A DNA stretch of 64,000 nt from Savitreella phatthalungensis (taxonomy: Eukaryota): NCBI GenBank assembly GCA_051599415.1, contig AP039704.1, positions 186,001 to 250,000 of the forward strand, in the 5' to 3' direction. Of the stretch, positions 20,833 through 31,579 are shown one piece after another. Position numbers and translations under genes: made by a program. The notes under the pieces were generated by a model. That model made no database searches. It was not told where the DNA came from and was given only the letters and a program-made list of their open reading frames with translations. Within the stretch, counting starts at the first letter, position 1, and each line of letters opens with the position of its first letter.

Positions 20833-21867
20833 TCAGGGTTTGGTGACAAGTGCCTGGATGACGAGACCTGGCCGCCATCCGGAGGCTTCGAGTGTCAGGG
20901 TTGGGTGATCGTCCTTGATGAGTCTGCCGAGGAGCATGAGCTTGCACCCGCCGATACCAGCATCCCGTCGGACCTTGGCAGCCAGCGCCGCTACACGTTC
21001 ACGCGAAGGCGACACCCGCAACACTAGATCCCGAGACGTGTGCGACATCCTCACCCGCACGTCCGTCTCGTCACCGATTGCCGCTGGTGTAAGCACGGGC
21101 GGCTGACCGGGGGCTGGTGTAGGGGTGGAGGATAGGAGTTTGGTGTCGTTTGTGGTGGCCGCGCCGCCGGCAGAGGAAGTCAATGAACCTTCCGTCACGT
21201 TTGGTGACGCGAGACGATCGTCTTCGATCTTTGAGGATGTCAGATCGTACTCGTCGTCCGGTAACAGGTTTGATGGGTCTGATAGGCATGCTTCCGGGAT
21301 TTTGTAGTAGAAGCCCGTGGCATCGTAGCAGCCGTTGACAAGGTCGCCGTTGCCGAGTAGGCGGATGTCAGCGGACTCGATCAACGCTTGAGCTGAAGCG
21401 TCTCCGTCAGCGCTAGCGAGCTCATGTGCAATCTCGACGCACCGTCGCAGGACATCCCAGGTTTCCCGACGACCGCCGAACGTGTCTGCCGTCTCCCAGA
21501 AGGCAGTCCGGGTGTGTTCGAGTTGCGCGCGGGTGACTGCAGGTCGCGCTTCCCATGCTCCGTGCCGTCTGAAAGTCGGTGCAGCGCCGCGACCTGCAAG
21601 AAGTGCGTCTCTGGCTTCAGCGTTCCGAAGCTCCAGTGAACTCCGTTCTCGCCGTGTCCCGCTACCTGAATTACTGCCACCAGAGTTGTTCCTGCGATTC
21701 CGCCGTCCGCTGATGCGTCCTGACTCTGCTGCCGCTGCTCCTCCTGTTGGTGCGAGCGAGTCGGCGCCACCCTGCGTGGTGGGACCGCCTGATGAGGCTG
21801 CTGTGTTATCTCGGCGCGAATCAGCACTGCCATTGTTGTCGCTCGGCGCAGACAAGCAAGATCCCAT
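20833..21867 (-). CDS. UBTD1/DC-UbP-like ubiquitin domain-containing protein
   Basis: MGSCLS lipidation motif, DC-UbP N-domain (RTAFWETA..FGGRRETW, GDLVNGCYDATGFYYKIPEACLSDP), and a C-terminal ubiquitin-like domain (KLMLLGRLIKD...VIQALV). Confidence 0.85.
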   Translation of the reverse strand: MGSCLSAPSDNNGSADSRRDNTAASSGGPTTQGGADSLAPTGGAAAAESGRISGRRNRRNNSGGSNSGSGTRRERSSLELRNAEARDALLAGRGAAPTFRRHGAWEARPAVTRAQLEHTRTAFWETADTFGGRRETWDVLRRCVEIAHELASADGDASAQALIESADIRLLGNGDLVNGCYDATGFYYKIPEACLSDPSNLLPDDEYDLTSSKIEDDRLASPNVTEGSLTSSAGGAATTNDTKLLSSTPTPAPGQPPVLTPAAIGDETDVRVRMSHTSRDLVLRVSPSRERVAALAAKVRRDAGIGGCKLMLLGRLIKDDHPTLTLEASGWRPGLVIQALVTKP

Positions 21868-23302
21868 GGTGATCAGACGTCGAGAATAGGCCGCAGGATG
21901 AAGAGAGAAGTGCTCTAGGTATTGTTAATCAAGTCAATCCCAGGGTGTGTTTTGTCGTTGTGCCGCACCCGCACGCGCAGCTCTATGACGTTATGATGAA
22001 CGTCAAAGGCCTGAAGCCTGCCTGTGATTTCGTCAAGGAAGGTAAGAGCGATCAGTAGTTGGGAATCGATGCTGTAAGACGACAGAAGGTGTCCTGAAGA
22101 GCTTTGTGATCAGCTCCACAAAGATCGACTAGGTCGTGCAGTCAACTTTGACGCACACGCCAAAAGACAGGAATAAGAGGCCGAGCAGCTAATGAGCGCG
22201 CTGTCTGCAAGTCTGCTGTACTCGCCGACCTCTCGATAATTAGAATGATCGACTTTGGGCTATATCAACGTACGCCTATGACGGCCTGTGTAGGTTTGTT
22301 GCTATTGGGCATGCCTACGGCTTGACGTAGACTGTATGGCGCAGCCCACAGTATATAGTACAATGGGTAGAGTTGGCTAGGTCATTAAATCAGACAGGAG
22401 CAGACGTACAAGATTGAACATAATTTATATATGAAAAATATATATTGCACGATGAATCGATTGAAGATATTGATACCAGATTTAGTGTAAATTAATTGGA
22501 AACGACTTAATTGTATACACGGCCATATGCATATGTACGGTACGGTACGGTACGTATGAACAAACATGATTAATTCCAGGGAAATTTACCAATTTGTTCA
22601 TGGACTCGATGATCATGATCAAACATCGCGAAGAAGGACGTCTTCATGATCAATCACAGACTGATTGGATGATCGACTGGCTGAGCGCCTCACTGACTCA
22701 CTGTGTTAGGTCGTACAGATCAAGATACGAGGATAGAGTTGCATTCCTGTGGACTGAGCGAAGTCCCTGTGCAGAACGCTTGCTCGACCACATGCACTGC
22801 GGTCAGTATACTATAACACTGTAGATCAATAAGTAGCAGATGCAGATGCAATACGCGTTCCTTCTCGAGTGTCGACATCATGCAAGCCAGAATAGTCACG
22901 TCAGGAGCATTTGGTCAAAGCTCTGGGCTGAATCGCACGTCTGCAAGTCTTGAGAGACTTCGACTGAGATTGCCACCTCAGAATGCGAGAAATAGCATGG
23001 AAGCACAGACTTGGTATTACTAAAGCTAAAGAGTAAGCTGAATTGAACGAGTGATGCGAACGGAGAATAATGAATGGAAGGCCTGAAGAGAGAGAGCGTA
23101 TTGAGTGTAGTGAATGAAAAGTCGGATGTGTGGCAAATCGATTGGAAGGAAGCTTGGGAATTCGATGCTTTCAACGCATGCTGAGCTCTGCCATGATGGC
23201 TGCGCGATCTCGATCTGATGACGCCGCATGGTCGAGACGAGTGTCGTTGTCGGCGGCATCGCAATATCCGTCCATATACGATCTTTCCAGCACACGACGG
23301 CG

Positions 23303-25225
23303 TCAGGCAGCTTGCTCAGTCGAGGTTGAAGCTGCCAATGTCTTTGCCTCGGCTGCATCCTGGCTTGTAGCGCGATTATCGACCTCCTTAACCGCTTTGA
23401 AGGTCGATTGATCGACCGTGACAGCAGTTTTGTCGATGGGGCTTGGCTCCTTGACTTCAGCCGCTGCCTCGGTCTCAACATGGCGGACGGTCGCTGAGTT
23501 GGTGGCGAGAATTGCCGGTGCGACATTCGCCTGGGCCTCCGGAGATGCCGCAACCGAGACCGTAGTATCTTCTGGCACCAGTGTCTCGACAGCCGGAATC
23601 TTTGGCGCTTCTGTGTTGTCCCCTTCGGTGGCCTCGCGGGCGGCGGGAGAGGCTCGTCCAGCTCCTTGATCGTCTTTCTGTGGCTGGTCGTGGGACTTTT
23701 GTGGGGTACCGACGGGCTGGGATACAGACCTGTTATGAGAAGCTCGGCGGCTCAGAAAGCTTGTCAATTTGCGCGAAAGGCCTCCACCAGGTGGGCTGAC
23801 TCGTGATCGTGAAGGCTCACCTCCGGCTGCAGGTTCTCCCGTTCCAGCCTTATCGACGGTGGTCTCTGCCTCACCAGCGAGATCGATTTTTTGCTCGCCA
23901 GTCTTGTCGTCTAACGGGTCTTCCGTCTTCTTTGTGCCCGCGGCACCGTTGTGGTGGAGAGTAGCACGTTTGGACAGGAACCGACCGAAGAGGCTGTCGC
24001 GCTCCTTCGAAGGTGTTAAAACTTGCTCTGTCGAGTCATGAATAGCTTGTTTGGCTTCAGAGCTTTCGTTAGCTTCTTTCGGCGCGGGACTGCCAGTTGG
24101 TGACACTGGCGTGGCGTTCACCTCAGGCAGTGGCTTATCGACCGCAGCGCGACCAGGTGTCGGCAGCTCTTTCTCGCCGAGGATTGGAGACTCAGCACCG
24201 TCACGGTGCTTGAATCTGTCAAGAACGAGCGAGAGTGACTGCCCGATTGATCTTCGCTTCTCCTTGGTCTGAGGAGATTGTTGTCCTTCAGCAATAATCT
24301 CAGCTTCGCTGGTCGATCCTGCGTGGGCACCAATATTTTCTTCATCACCGCTGAGTACATCATCGACATCGGCGGGGTTAGCCTTTGATCGAAATGCCTT
24401 CCCATCGCGTAGTAGCTGGAGGATCTCCTTGAACTTTTGGGAGTTACGAATCTCGGTCTTCTTCGCGATGGCGTCTTTCTTCAGAGCCTCGAGTCCGGCC
24501 CTCCACTCACTGACGCTCAAGTTCGCACTGGTCGGACGAAGCGCCCAGCCATGAAGGCCAGGGAATGTAAGATTCAATCGTTGGGCGATACCAAGCGGCT
24601 TGACAGTATCTGTGTAGATGCTTGAGACAGTGGTGAGATCGATAATACCGGAGGGCACTCCACGTCGAGACGAGTCTCGGCAGTAGAAGAGCAAACCCCT
24701 GCCGGAAACACTTGCGTGAGCGATGAGCTCGTAGAGCTCATTTTTATCGACAGCGGGTGCGCTCGCCGAGGATTCCACATGCTTGACATAGAATGGCTGA
24801 AGGTTGTCAAGCGGTACACCCGAGCAGCTTTCGTCAGTGTAGAAGAACCGACGCTGACTGAACTCGAGCGCTGAGCGTCCCTTTCGCACTTCGATCCAGC
24901 CTGATAATCTTGTCAGCTTGACAGGAAGGTCAGGTGCTTGTTCTTCCTGTGTTTGAGTGTCTTCATTGACGGTAGATTTGTCAGCCGGTTGACCAGAGAC
25001 ATCATCGGTGTCTTCAGTGACGCGTGCAGGGGACTCGACCGTTTCCGAAGGCGATTCTTGAGATGGATGTTCCTCATTGGCATGTTCATCAGTTGAGACG
25101 ACGGCTGGAGTGATGAGTCGGTCTACAAGCTCTTGAGAGGTCGCTATAGTCTTATTGAGATCGGAAGGGATGTCAGACTGAGGCAGATCGACTGTCTGAG
25201 CTACAGAGGGGACCGTCTCGGACAT
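23303..25225 (-). CDS. Meu6-like PH-domain protein with acidic disordered flanks
   Basis: Segment RRFFY...AHASVSGRGLLFY...PSGIIDL resembles the fungal PH_6 (Meu6) domain as recalled; the rest is low-complexity. Confidence 0.65.
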   Translation of the reverse strand: MSETVPSVAQTVDLPQSDIPSDLNKTIATSQELVDRLITPAVVSTDEHANEEHPSQESPSETVESPARVTEDTDDVSGQPADKSTVNEDTQTQEEQAPDLPVKLTRLSGWIEVRKGRSALEFSQRRFFYTDESCSGVPLDNLQPFYVKHVESSASAPAVDKNELYELIAHASVSGRGLLFYCRDSSRRGVPSGIIDLTTVSSIYTDTVKPLGIAQRLNLTFPGLHGWALRPTSANLSVSEWRAGLEALKKDAIAKKTEIRNSQKFKEILQLLRDGKAFRSKANPADVDDVLSGDEENIGAHAGSTSEAEIIAEGQQSPQTKEKRRSIGQSLSLVLDRFKHRDGAESPILGEKELPTPGRAAVDKPLPEVNATPVSPTGSPAPKEANESSEAKQAIHDSTEQVLTPSKERDSLFGRFLSKRATLHHNGAAGTKKTEDPLDDKTGEQKIDLAGEAETTVDKAGTGEPAAGGEPSRSRVSPPGGGLSRKLTSFLSRRASHNRSVSQPVGTPQKSHDQPQKDDQGAGRASPAAREATEGDNTEAPKIPAVETLVPEDTTVSVAASPEAQANVAPAILATNSATVRHVETEAAAEVKEPSPIDKTAVTVDQSTFKAVKEVDNRATSQDAAEAKTLAASTSTEQAA

Positions 25226-25396
25226 CTTTGATGAGTTGTCACAGTCGTTGTCAGGACTATGGGAAGGTTTTCAAAGCGCACGTCGGATTGAGCGCCACTT
25301 TTGCTATCTGAACAGAACTGGACTTGACAGTGTTCTTTTGTACGCGTACGACTGTGTGTAAGTGCGAATGTCTGACGGCGTCCGTGTGCGTACAGA

Positions 25397-25457
25397 GTGA
25401 TGTGTAAGTGTGTGTGTAAGTGTGTGTAAGTGTGTGTGTAAGTGTGTAAGTGTGTGC
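25397..25457. repeat. Imperfect tandem repeat (GT)nAA
   Basis: gtgtaagtgtgtgtgtaagtgtgtgtaagtgtgtgtgtaagtgtgtaagtgtgtg. Confidence 0.9.
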
Positions 25458-26313
25458 TTGCGGGTTGAATGGGTATCCACACATGTGTGTTTGAGAGTCT
25501 GAGTGTAGCTAACCATTACGTTCGATTAAGCGTTTACTGCATGCTTGAGTGGTTGCCTCGGTCACCTGAGCCTTTGCAGCTGCTTGAGATTGTTTGATTG
25601 ATTGTGGACGATGCATGCCAGAGACTGCGAGAACGTGCACGCGGTCGATGTTGTTCTGACTGGTTCAACTTTACTTGTAGCGGACTAGGAAGTTTTATAG
25701 GAATTTACTATACAAATCGTATGCGCATTTATAAGTTTAGGAGAAGTCAATTGTTTGTATCGATTTGCCACCTGAAACAGTTGTCCACGAGCCAGTCTCA
25801 CTTAGAGCATCCATCATCACACATGGTAATACAGAGCTCCGTGTCTGCCGTACTTCCGCTGTGTCCTTCAGCAAGCTTCAAAAAGTATACCCAGTCGTTA
25901 CATCTGGCTCTTGATCGTGGAATTCCTGAGGCGATTGTAGTTGTTCTGCAGCGTCGCAATGTAGCTGGTCATGTTACGCTCTGTTGCCCGGAGGATCTGC
26001 AGCCGAAGTGAGAGGCTGTGCACCTCGCTCAAGCATGAATCTAGAATCATGTGACTTGAATATGCTCACGCTTATACAGAGTTACCAATCTGCATCCTTT
26101 CCGGCGACTGCGCACGTACCTGATCTCAGTCGTGTAAGCAATGCAACCACGTTCTCTGACGCATGCTTGACGTCACTTGCCAGCACGGATATGTTTGTAT
26201 ACAGCTGCAACTTGGTAGGCTAACCGAGCAATGCGATTGCATTTTCCATAATCATACATTGAGTAGGGTCTATTCGACACGGGATCCAAGAGCCCCATCT
26301 GCAGCTTGCCATC

Positions 26314-29300
26314 TCAACTTGATGTAATGCCGTATGATAAAATAGCGGTCAGTCGCTCGCTGCTGAGCTTCAGACCGATTCTGTAGAGCTCCGTCACCAT
26401 GTCTAGTCCACCCTTCATCTCGCGCAAAGCTTGAAGCGACTTGCGGTCGAATCGCCAGACTATGCAGTCCATCATCGTCGTTAAACGTGCAGTCCTAGGC
26501 GTGTCTGAGAGGAATGGCAGTTCACCCGCAACCGTGCCGGGTGCGATGTTCTCGTGAAGCGCTCCGATTTCCAGCTCGTAGGATGCCTGTATCATTCCAG
26601 ACTCGAGCACATAGAAGCATGCAGCTTGCGTCCCAGCCTCCCACAGGACTCGCTTACCAGGGATATCCTCACGCTTGAATAGCGGTGCGACGCGATGCCA
26701 AAAGTCCTCGCGTTCGTCGGTCAAATCCCGGAAGACGGTAAGCAGCAAGGGTAGCGGCGGTTTGAAGCTCGAAAAAATCGAGCCCTTCCGGTTGGGCGTA
26801 ATGGCAGATCCGTTTGCAGCGGCTCCAGCTGGTCCACTCAGACTTTTCAGTGTCGGCATAAGTGTCGAAGAGGCGGCACGCATCAGCATTTCGCCTCGTG
26901 GTGAGTGAGCCTGCGCGTCGATGACAGAAAGCGAAGAATGTGGGGCCTCAGGCACATCCAGGAAACTAGCTGGACTAGTTTTCCCATCTTCTTCGTCGTC
27001 TGGATCATGTGGCTTGATACCACTTTTTGTCCAGCGCAATGCTTCCGTCAAGAGAACATTCTCGCACCATTCCAAGGCCGAATTCAGGTCACCAAATGTC
27101 TTCAGCGAGCTGCTCTCTTGCAACAAACCCACAGATCTTAGACCTCGGGAGATTTCACCGTTAGGCTTGACTCCGCACAGAATCAGATGGATTCGTCGAG
27201 TTGTCAGTAGTCTATGCATTCGGGTGAACGCTTCAGCTGCGGAGAAGTCCATTCCATGGGCAAATGTCAAGTCGAGGATGAGAAACCGGATAGGTCGTTG
27301 CCGGAAGAGTTCGTCATCGACGTGCTCGCGAGCCACCTTTTCGACATACGTGATAGAGCCAAAGAACAGATAGCCAGTGAGCTTGTAGATTTGCATCTGG
27401 TGGCCGGCTTCTCGAAGAAATCGCTGTTGCGCTGGTGGACGTCGGACCGTCGACGTGGCTATCACGCCTGAATATCGTGTACGGATTGGCGATCGTTTTG
27501 CAGTCTGCAGCACGAAGAAGATGCAGGCCAGGATGATGCCGACGACAATTCCTAGCACGAAGTCGAATACGCCCATGACGAGCACGATGATGACAATCGT
27601 CAGATACTCAACGAGGTCCACCTTGCCGATCGTGTCGATGAGAGCTTCCTTCAACAGATCCATACCCAGCAGGAAAATGAGTGCGCCGACGACCATGATC
27701 GGGATAAAGCCGATCAGTGCCGGCCCAATGAACATGATGACTGCCGTGCCCGCTGCTAGCATCAATCCTGCGACGCGACTATTGCCACCGCTCCGAATGA
27801 AGAGGATCGAATTCGTATAGACGAGGTAATTCTGAATGGAACCGAGAAGACCACTCAGAGCGTTAGACACACCGTGCGCTTTCAGCTCGCGATCGACGTC
27901 GACGTTGTCTTCGCACGTTGAGACCCCCAGGGCAGGAATGTTGATTGGCACATGCAATATACCGAAGAATGTTAAGGCAAACATCGCCGGTACGGTCTGT
28001 AGGAGAGCTCCCCAATGGACTTGACCGAATTTGTAAAGTCCGTAAAAGTCGTACCAGGCTTTGCCACTGGCGGGAGCAGCAAAAATCCAGCCAGCTTGCC
28101 GGAGTGGCTCGACGTGCAGGGCTGGTACTGCTGCAACAACGATGTAAAAGACAGCTGGCACGAGGCAGAAGAAGACCGGGACGAGCAGGGGGTGGTAAAT
28201 CAGGCGCTGCAGTACTTCCAGGAGAACAGCCAGACCGAGCGGAATCGTCCACAGCGGCCACGTGTCAGCCCTGATGAGATGCTTTAGTGTGTCGAGATTG
28301 TACTCAAGGTTGCCTGACAGGCGAGCACTGACCTCGAGTCCTGTGACGAACAGGAACCAGCCAACGCCGCCGATGCAGCCGATGAGAATGTGCCTGGGAA
28401 AGTATCCAATGAGACGGCCGAGCCGGAAGCGGCCCAGAAGGTAAAAAACGAGTCCTGTCAGCATAGATGAAAGTGCGTATGCTGTGATGGTGGTAGCGAT
28501 GACTGCGTCTGGTTTGTCGTCGCCTACCTCAGCCATAATACTGTACGCCATTTGATGAAAGAACGGCACGACCTCGATCATCTCGGAACCGATGCCGCCC
28601 TTGAAGATCGAGCCACCGCATGAGAAGACCAGCTGAGACACGATGCAGGAGATGTAGAACATCGAGATACCATCCGGGCCAAGAGATGCGAAAATAGGTG
28701 TTCCCAGTGGGAACAAGATCATTCCATAACTCAAAGCGTCCAAGATGTTGAGCAGTAGGCCTAGCACTACCGCAGGAATAGAGGACACGGCGGTTTTTGC
28801 CGTACTCTGTGCATCTTGCCGCGTAAATGTGACAGCTCGGCGCAGGTGAGCTCCCGGCCGCTTCCACAAAGGCTCGCTAGATCCATAGCTCGAATCCCGG
28901 CCATACGATTGCGCTTCGACGTCGTCGCTGCCCTCCAGTCCATCAGCGGAAGGATCCGTACAACCATCTTCACGTCGGTGGAGGCCGCCATAGTCGTGGA
29001 TAGGCCCGGCAGGGACAAGCGCGGATGTCTCAGTCATAATGCTCGGCGACTTGGTGTGCACTTGCGATGTTTTGTTGAGCGATACAGAGCCTGTGCGCTG
29101 CGCTGCACGTTCGTCGGATGGCGACATTTTGAGGAGCTTCGAAATGCCCCCGAAGGAGGAGGCGGTGGACTCCGGTTCTGATACCTCCTGAATTGTGTCA
29201 TCTGCTGCCAAGACTGCATCATCATCCTCAATGGCTGAAGAACCTGTTCTAACGTGTCCGAATGGCGTCCTGCCCGAGAGTGAGTTCTTGAAAGTAGTGG

Positions 29301-29670
29301 TGTCGAAGGAGGACTGCTCTGCAAGTCGTTGCGTCTGCAGACGAATGTCGTCCCTACTTGGCGTCACTGTATCTGTACCATGTGAAGCGCGAGAACCTCC
29401 CTCTCTTGTATCGAAGGACATTGCTGGTGCCTTGAACGACGTGGCGTAGTAGCTTCGGCCTGGCAGAACGGGTGGCTGACGTCCATCGTGGCCCAGGCCA
29501 CCAGATGCACTGGCGGACCCTCCACCACTACCTACGCCACCACTGAGTCTGAGAGAGACGACTGAAGCTAGCGAAGATCTCCGCCGCGAGCCACGATCGT
29601 TTGAGCCTGCAGCTGGGGAAGATGATGGACCTGATGCAACGCTATTTTGATGCTGCGACAATGGCGCCAT
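26314..29670 (-). CDS. VSB1: SulP/SLC26-family transporter with STAS and cNMP-binding domains (Vsb1/YGR125W-like)
   Basis: GLLLNILDALSYG, GSEMIEVVPFF, ALTFFGILHVPIN, QNYLVYTNS; STAS motif GYLFFGS...DFSAAEAF; C-terminal cNMP domain GEL...PRTA. Confidence 0.88.
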   Translation of the reverse strand: MAPLSQHQNSVASGPSSSPAAGSNDRGSRRRSSLASVVSLRLSGGVGSGGGSASASGGLGHDGRQPPVLPGRSYYATSFKAPAMSFDTREGGSRASHGTDTVTPSRDDIRLQTQRLAEQSSFDTTTFKNSLSGRTPFGHVRTGSSAIEDDDAVLAADDTIQEVSEPESTASSFGGISKLLKMSPSDERAAQRTGSVSLNKTSQVHTKSPSIMTETSALVPAGPIHDYGGLHRREDGCTDPSADGLEGSDDVEAQSYGRDSSYGSSEPLWKRPGAHLRRAVTFTRQDAQSTAKTAVSSIPAVVLGLLLNILDALSYGMILFPLGTPIFASLGPDGISMFYISCIVSQLVFSCGGSIFKGGIGSEMIEVVPFFHQMAYSIMAEVGDDKPDAVIATTITAYALSSMLTGLVFYLLGRFRLGRLIGYFPRHILIGCIGGVGWFLFVTGLEVSARLSGNLEYNLDTLKHLIRADTWPLWTIPLGLAVLLEVLQRLIYHPLLVPVFFCLVPAVFYIVVAAVPALHVEPLRQAGWIFAAPASGKAWYDFYGLYKFGQVHWGALLQTVPAMFALTFFGILHVPINIPALGVSTCEDNVDVDRELKAHGVSNALSGLLGSIQNYLVYTNSILFIRSGGNSRVAGLMLAAGTAVIMFIGPALIGFIPIMVVGALIFLLGMDLLKEALIDTIGKVDLVEYLTIVIIVLVMGVFDFVLGIVVGIILACIFFVLQTAKRSPIRTRYSGVIATSTVRRPPAQQRFLREAGHQMQIYKLTGYLFFGSITYVEKVAREHVDDELFRQRPIRFLILDLTFAHGMDFSAAEAFTRMHRLLTTRRIHLILCGVKPNGEISRGLRSVGLLQESSSLKTFGDLNSALEWCENVLLTEALRWTKSGIKPHDPDDEEDGKTSPASFLDVPEAPHSSLSVIDAQAHSPRGEMLMRAASSTLMPTLKSLSGPAGAAANGSAITPNRKGSIFSSFKPPLPLLLTVFRDLTDEREDFWHRVAPLFKREDIPGKRVLWEAGTQAACFYVLESGMIQASYELEIGALHENIAPGTVAGELPFLSDTPRTARLTTMMDCIVWRFDRKSLQALREMKGGLDMVTELYRIGLKLSSERLTAILSYGITSS

Positions 29671-31180
29671 GAGGGATAAGTATCACGATTGAACGTACGA
29701 ATAGCAAATTCGTCTAGCTCCTTGATGTCCTGAGACTCGTGGTCAAACGTGATGCAATGCGTAAAGTGCTTTGTCGAGTGTCAGAGTGTAACTGATGTCA
29801 TGGCCAGTCACGTGTCGCGCGTGCAGAAGAGTCAGACGATATAAGTTGCCTAATCCAGGCTGGATTTAAACGTGATTGACGCTGCCTCGATCTCGTTGGA
29901 CACGCTCTGTAGTGGTTGACGATGTGGCCTTTGACGAGCACGTTGTTTTGTGGCTTTATCTGAAACGCTAAAGCCAACAGCAACGAATCTCTCGACCAGA
30001 TCGACCCGAATGATGGCCGATACACTAACAGTTGTCCTGTTTTTCAATGCTGAGTCGATAGAGTCAGATGATTGTCAGCGATACAAAATGACACCGTTGC
30101 CGATATTGAGCAAGAAGCTGATGGATCGGGCTTTCAGCGATGCTCTTGCTAGCCTGACGTCTTGTGGTGGTGCAATTTGTGCATCGGGATCAGTTATGAT
30201 CTACGTCTAAGGGAGATCAATCATGGATCTGGATCTGTAGCTGTGAAGCGAACCGATAGGAGAAGGTCATCTATGGCAATCCCGACTGGTTTCCGAATGA
30301 TTGTGGCAGAGATAAGAACCTTGGAAGCCTGAATCCCACTACAAGGGATACAGAGCCAGATCCACCGACTTCACGGCAATGTACTAATGATACCGAGTAT
30401 AAGCTGAACTGGATTTGAGGTGGTGAAAGTCCGTAGTTTCGATCGCAAAGGGGCGTTTGTTGGAAAGACTGCCAAGGGATCGTCGATTGTGATCTGGGAT
30501 AGGTCAGCATTTGAGTAAAAATTGGATTGGCGGATCTCCTGCTCGCAGCTACATCCTTTTCAGATAGGGCTTCGAATCTAGGAAGACCCGAATAGATTGA
30601 TTTGAGAGTTCAACTGACCTTTGATTAGAATTCCTCCTCTGCACTGTGTAGCGAATGCGATCTGGAAACTCACATGGATGATGAAGCATAGATGATATGA
30701 AGCCTTTTCAAAGCTTACAGGTTTCAAAGCCAATTGTAATCAACAAAACTTCTTCAAATCGCATATTGAACTTCTATAGATCACATCAATTAATCGATCT
30801 GGGTGAAAGCATTGCTTCGAAGTTCTGCTCGAGCTTGATAGATTACTTACTGCTAAATCAATCCTTGAAGGTCTCCAGTCTAATCATTGCATAAACTAGT
30901 ACGCTACCTGAGGCAGGCAGCGCTTTCAGATCCACAAAACTGAAAGCCAGATAGATCCTATTTTAGACCCCTTTGAATTTGACCACCCTAACGCACTCCA
31001 AATCCTCTTTCAAATTATACTCGTTCACCTACCCAAATCGGACGATAAAAGACAAAAGGAAGTCGACATCATGCTGCAAAGGAGCTTGTCGACACAAAGG
31101 TCAGAGTGTCTCTCTTTCTGGCAGCACTAAATCACATGTTGATCAAAATCCCATTTCTGTAGGAGTTGTCCTAGTACGAA

Positions 31181-31221
31181 TGCCATCATTTTGCCATCAT
31201 TTTGCCATCATTTTGTCCATC
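31181..31221. repeat. Tandem 11-mer (TGCCATCATTT) x3 plus a degenerate copy
   Basis: Directly visible. Confidence 0.9.
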
Positions 31222-31579
31222 TTACTCGCCCGATTAGGAATCATGTCATTGGCTCTAAAGAAAGAAGACACACCATTGCACCTGATGATGTATGATGGAC
31301 ATTGGAAGCATAGCATTTGACGTGACGGCGTCACTCGTTCACGTCACTGCCTTACCTTGGATTATATCTTACGTTCCTGCCTCAGAACGACCATCCTTCC
31401 GCGTCGATTACAAATTGCCTGTTTGTGCTTGGCGCCACGGATAGCCCCCAGCACAAATTAGACACCACGCTATCAAGCACGGTTTTTACATCGACACAGT
31501 AATCAGTAGACTGCAAAGAGTCTCGCGCGGAGAGCGTATCGACGGAGTCGCGACATCCAGTACTGGCACTCTGCCCGCC

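Noticed and set aside
21993..22097. Box C/D-like ATGATGA...CTGA
   Set aside because: No terminal stem or recognisable rRNA guide; short boxes arise by chance.
25397..25457. TTACAC-type repeat as an interstitial telomere or CRISPR-like array
   Set aside because: No G-runs typical of telomeres and no unique spacers; a simple imperfect microsatellite.
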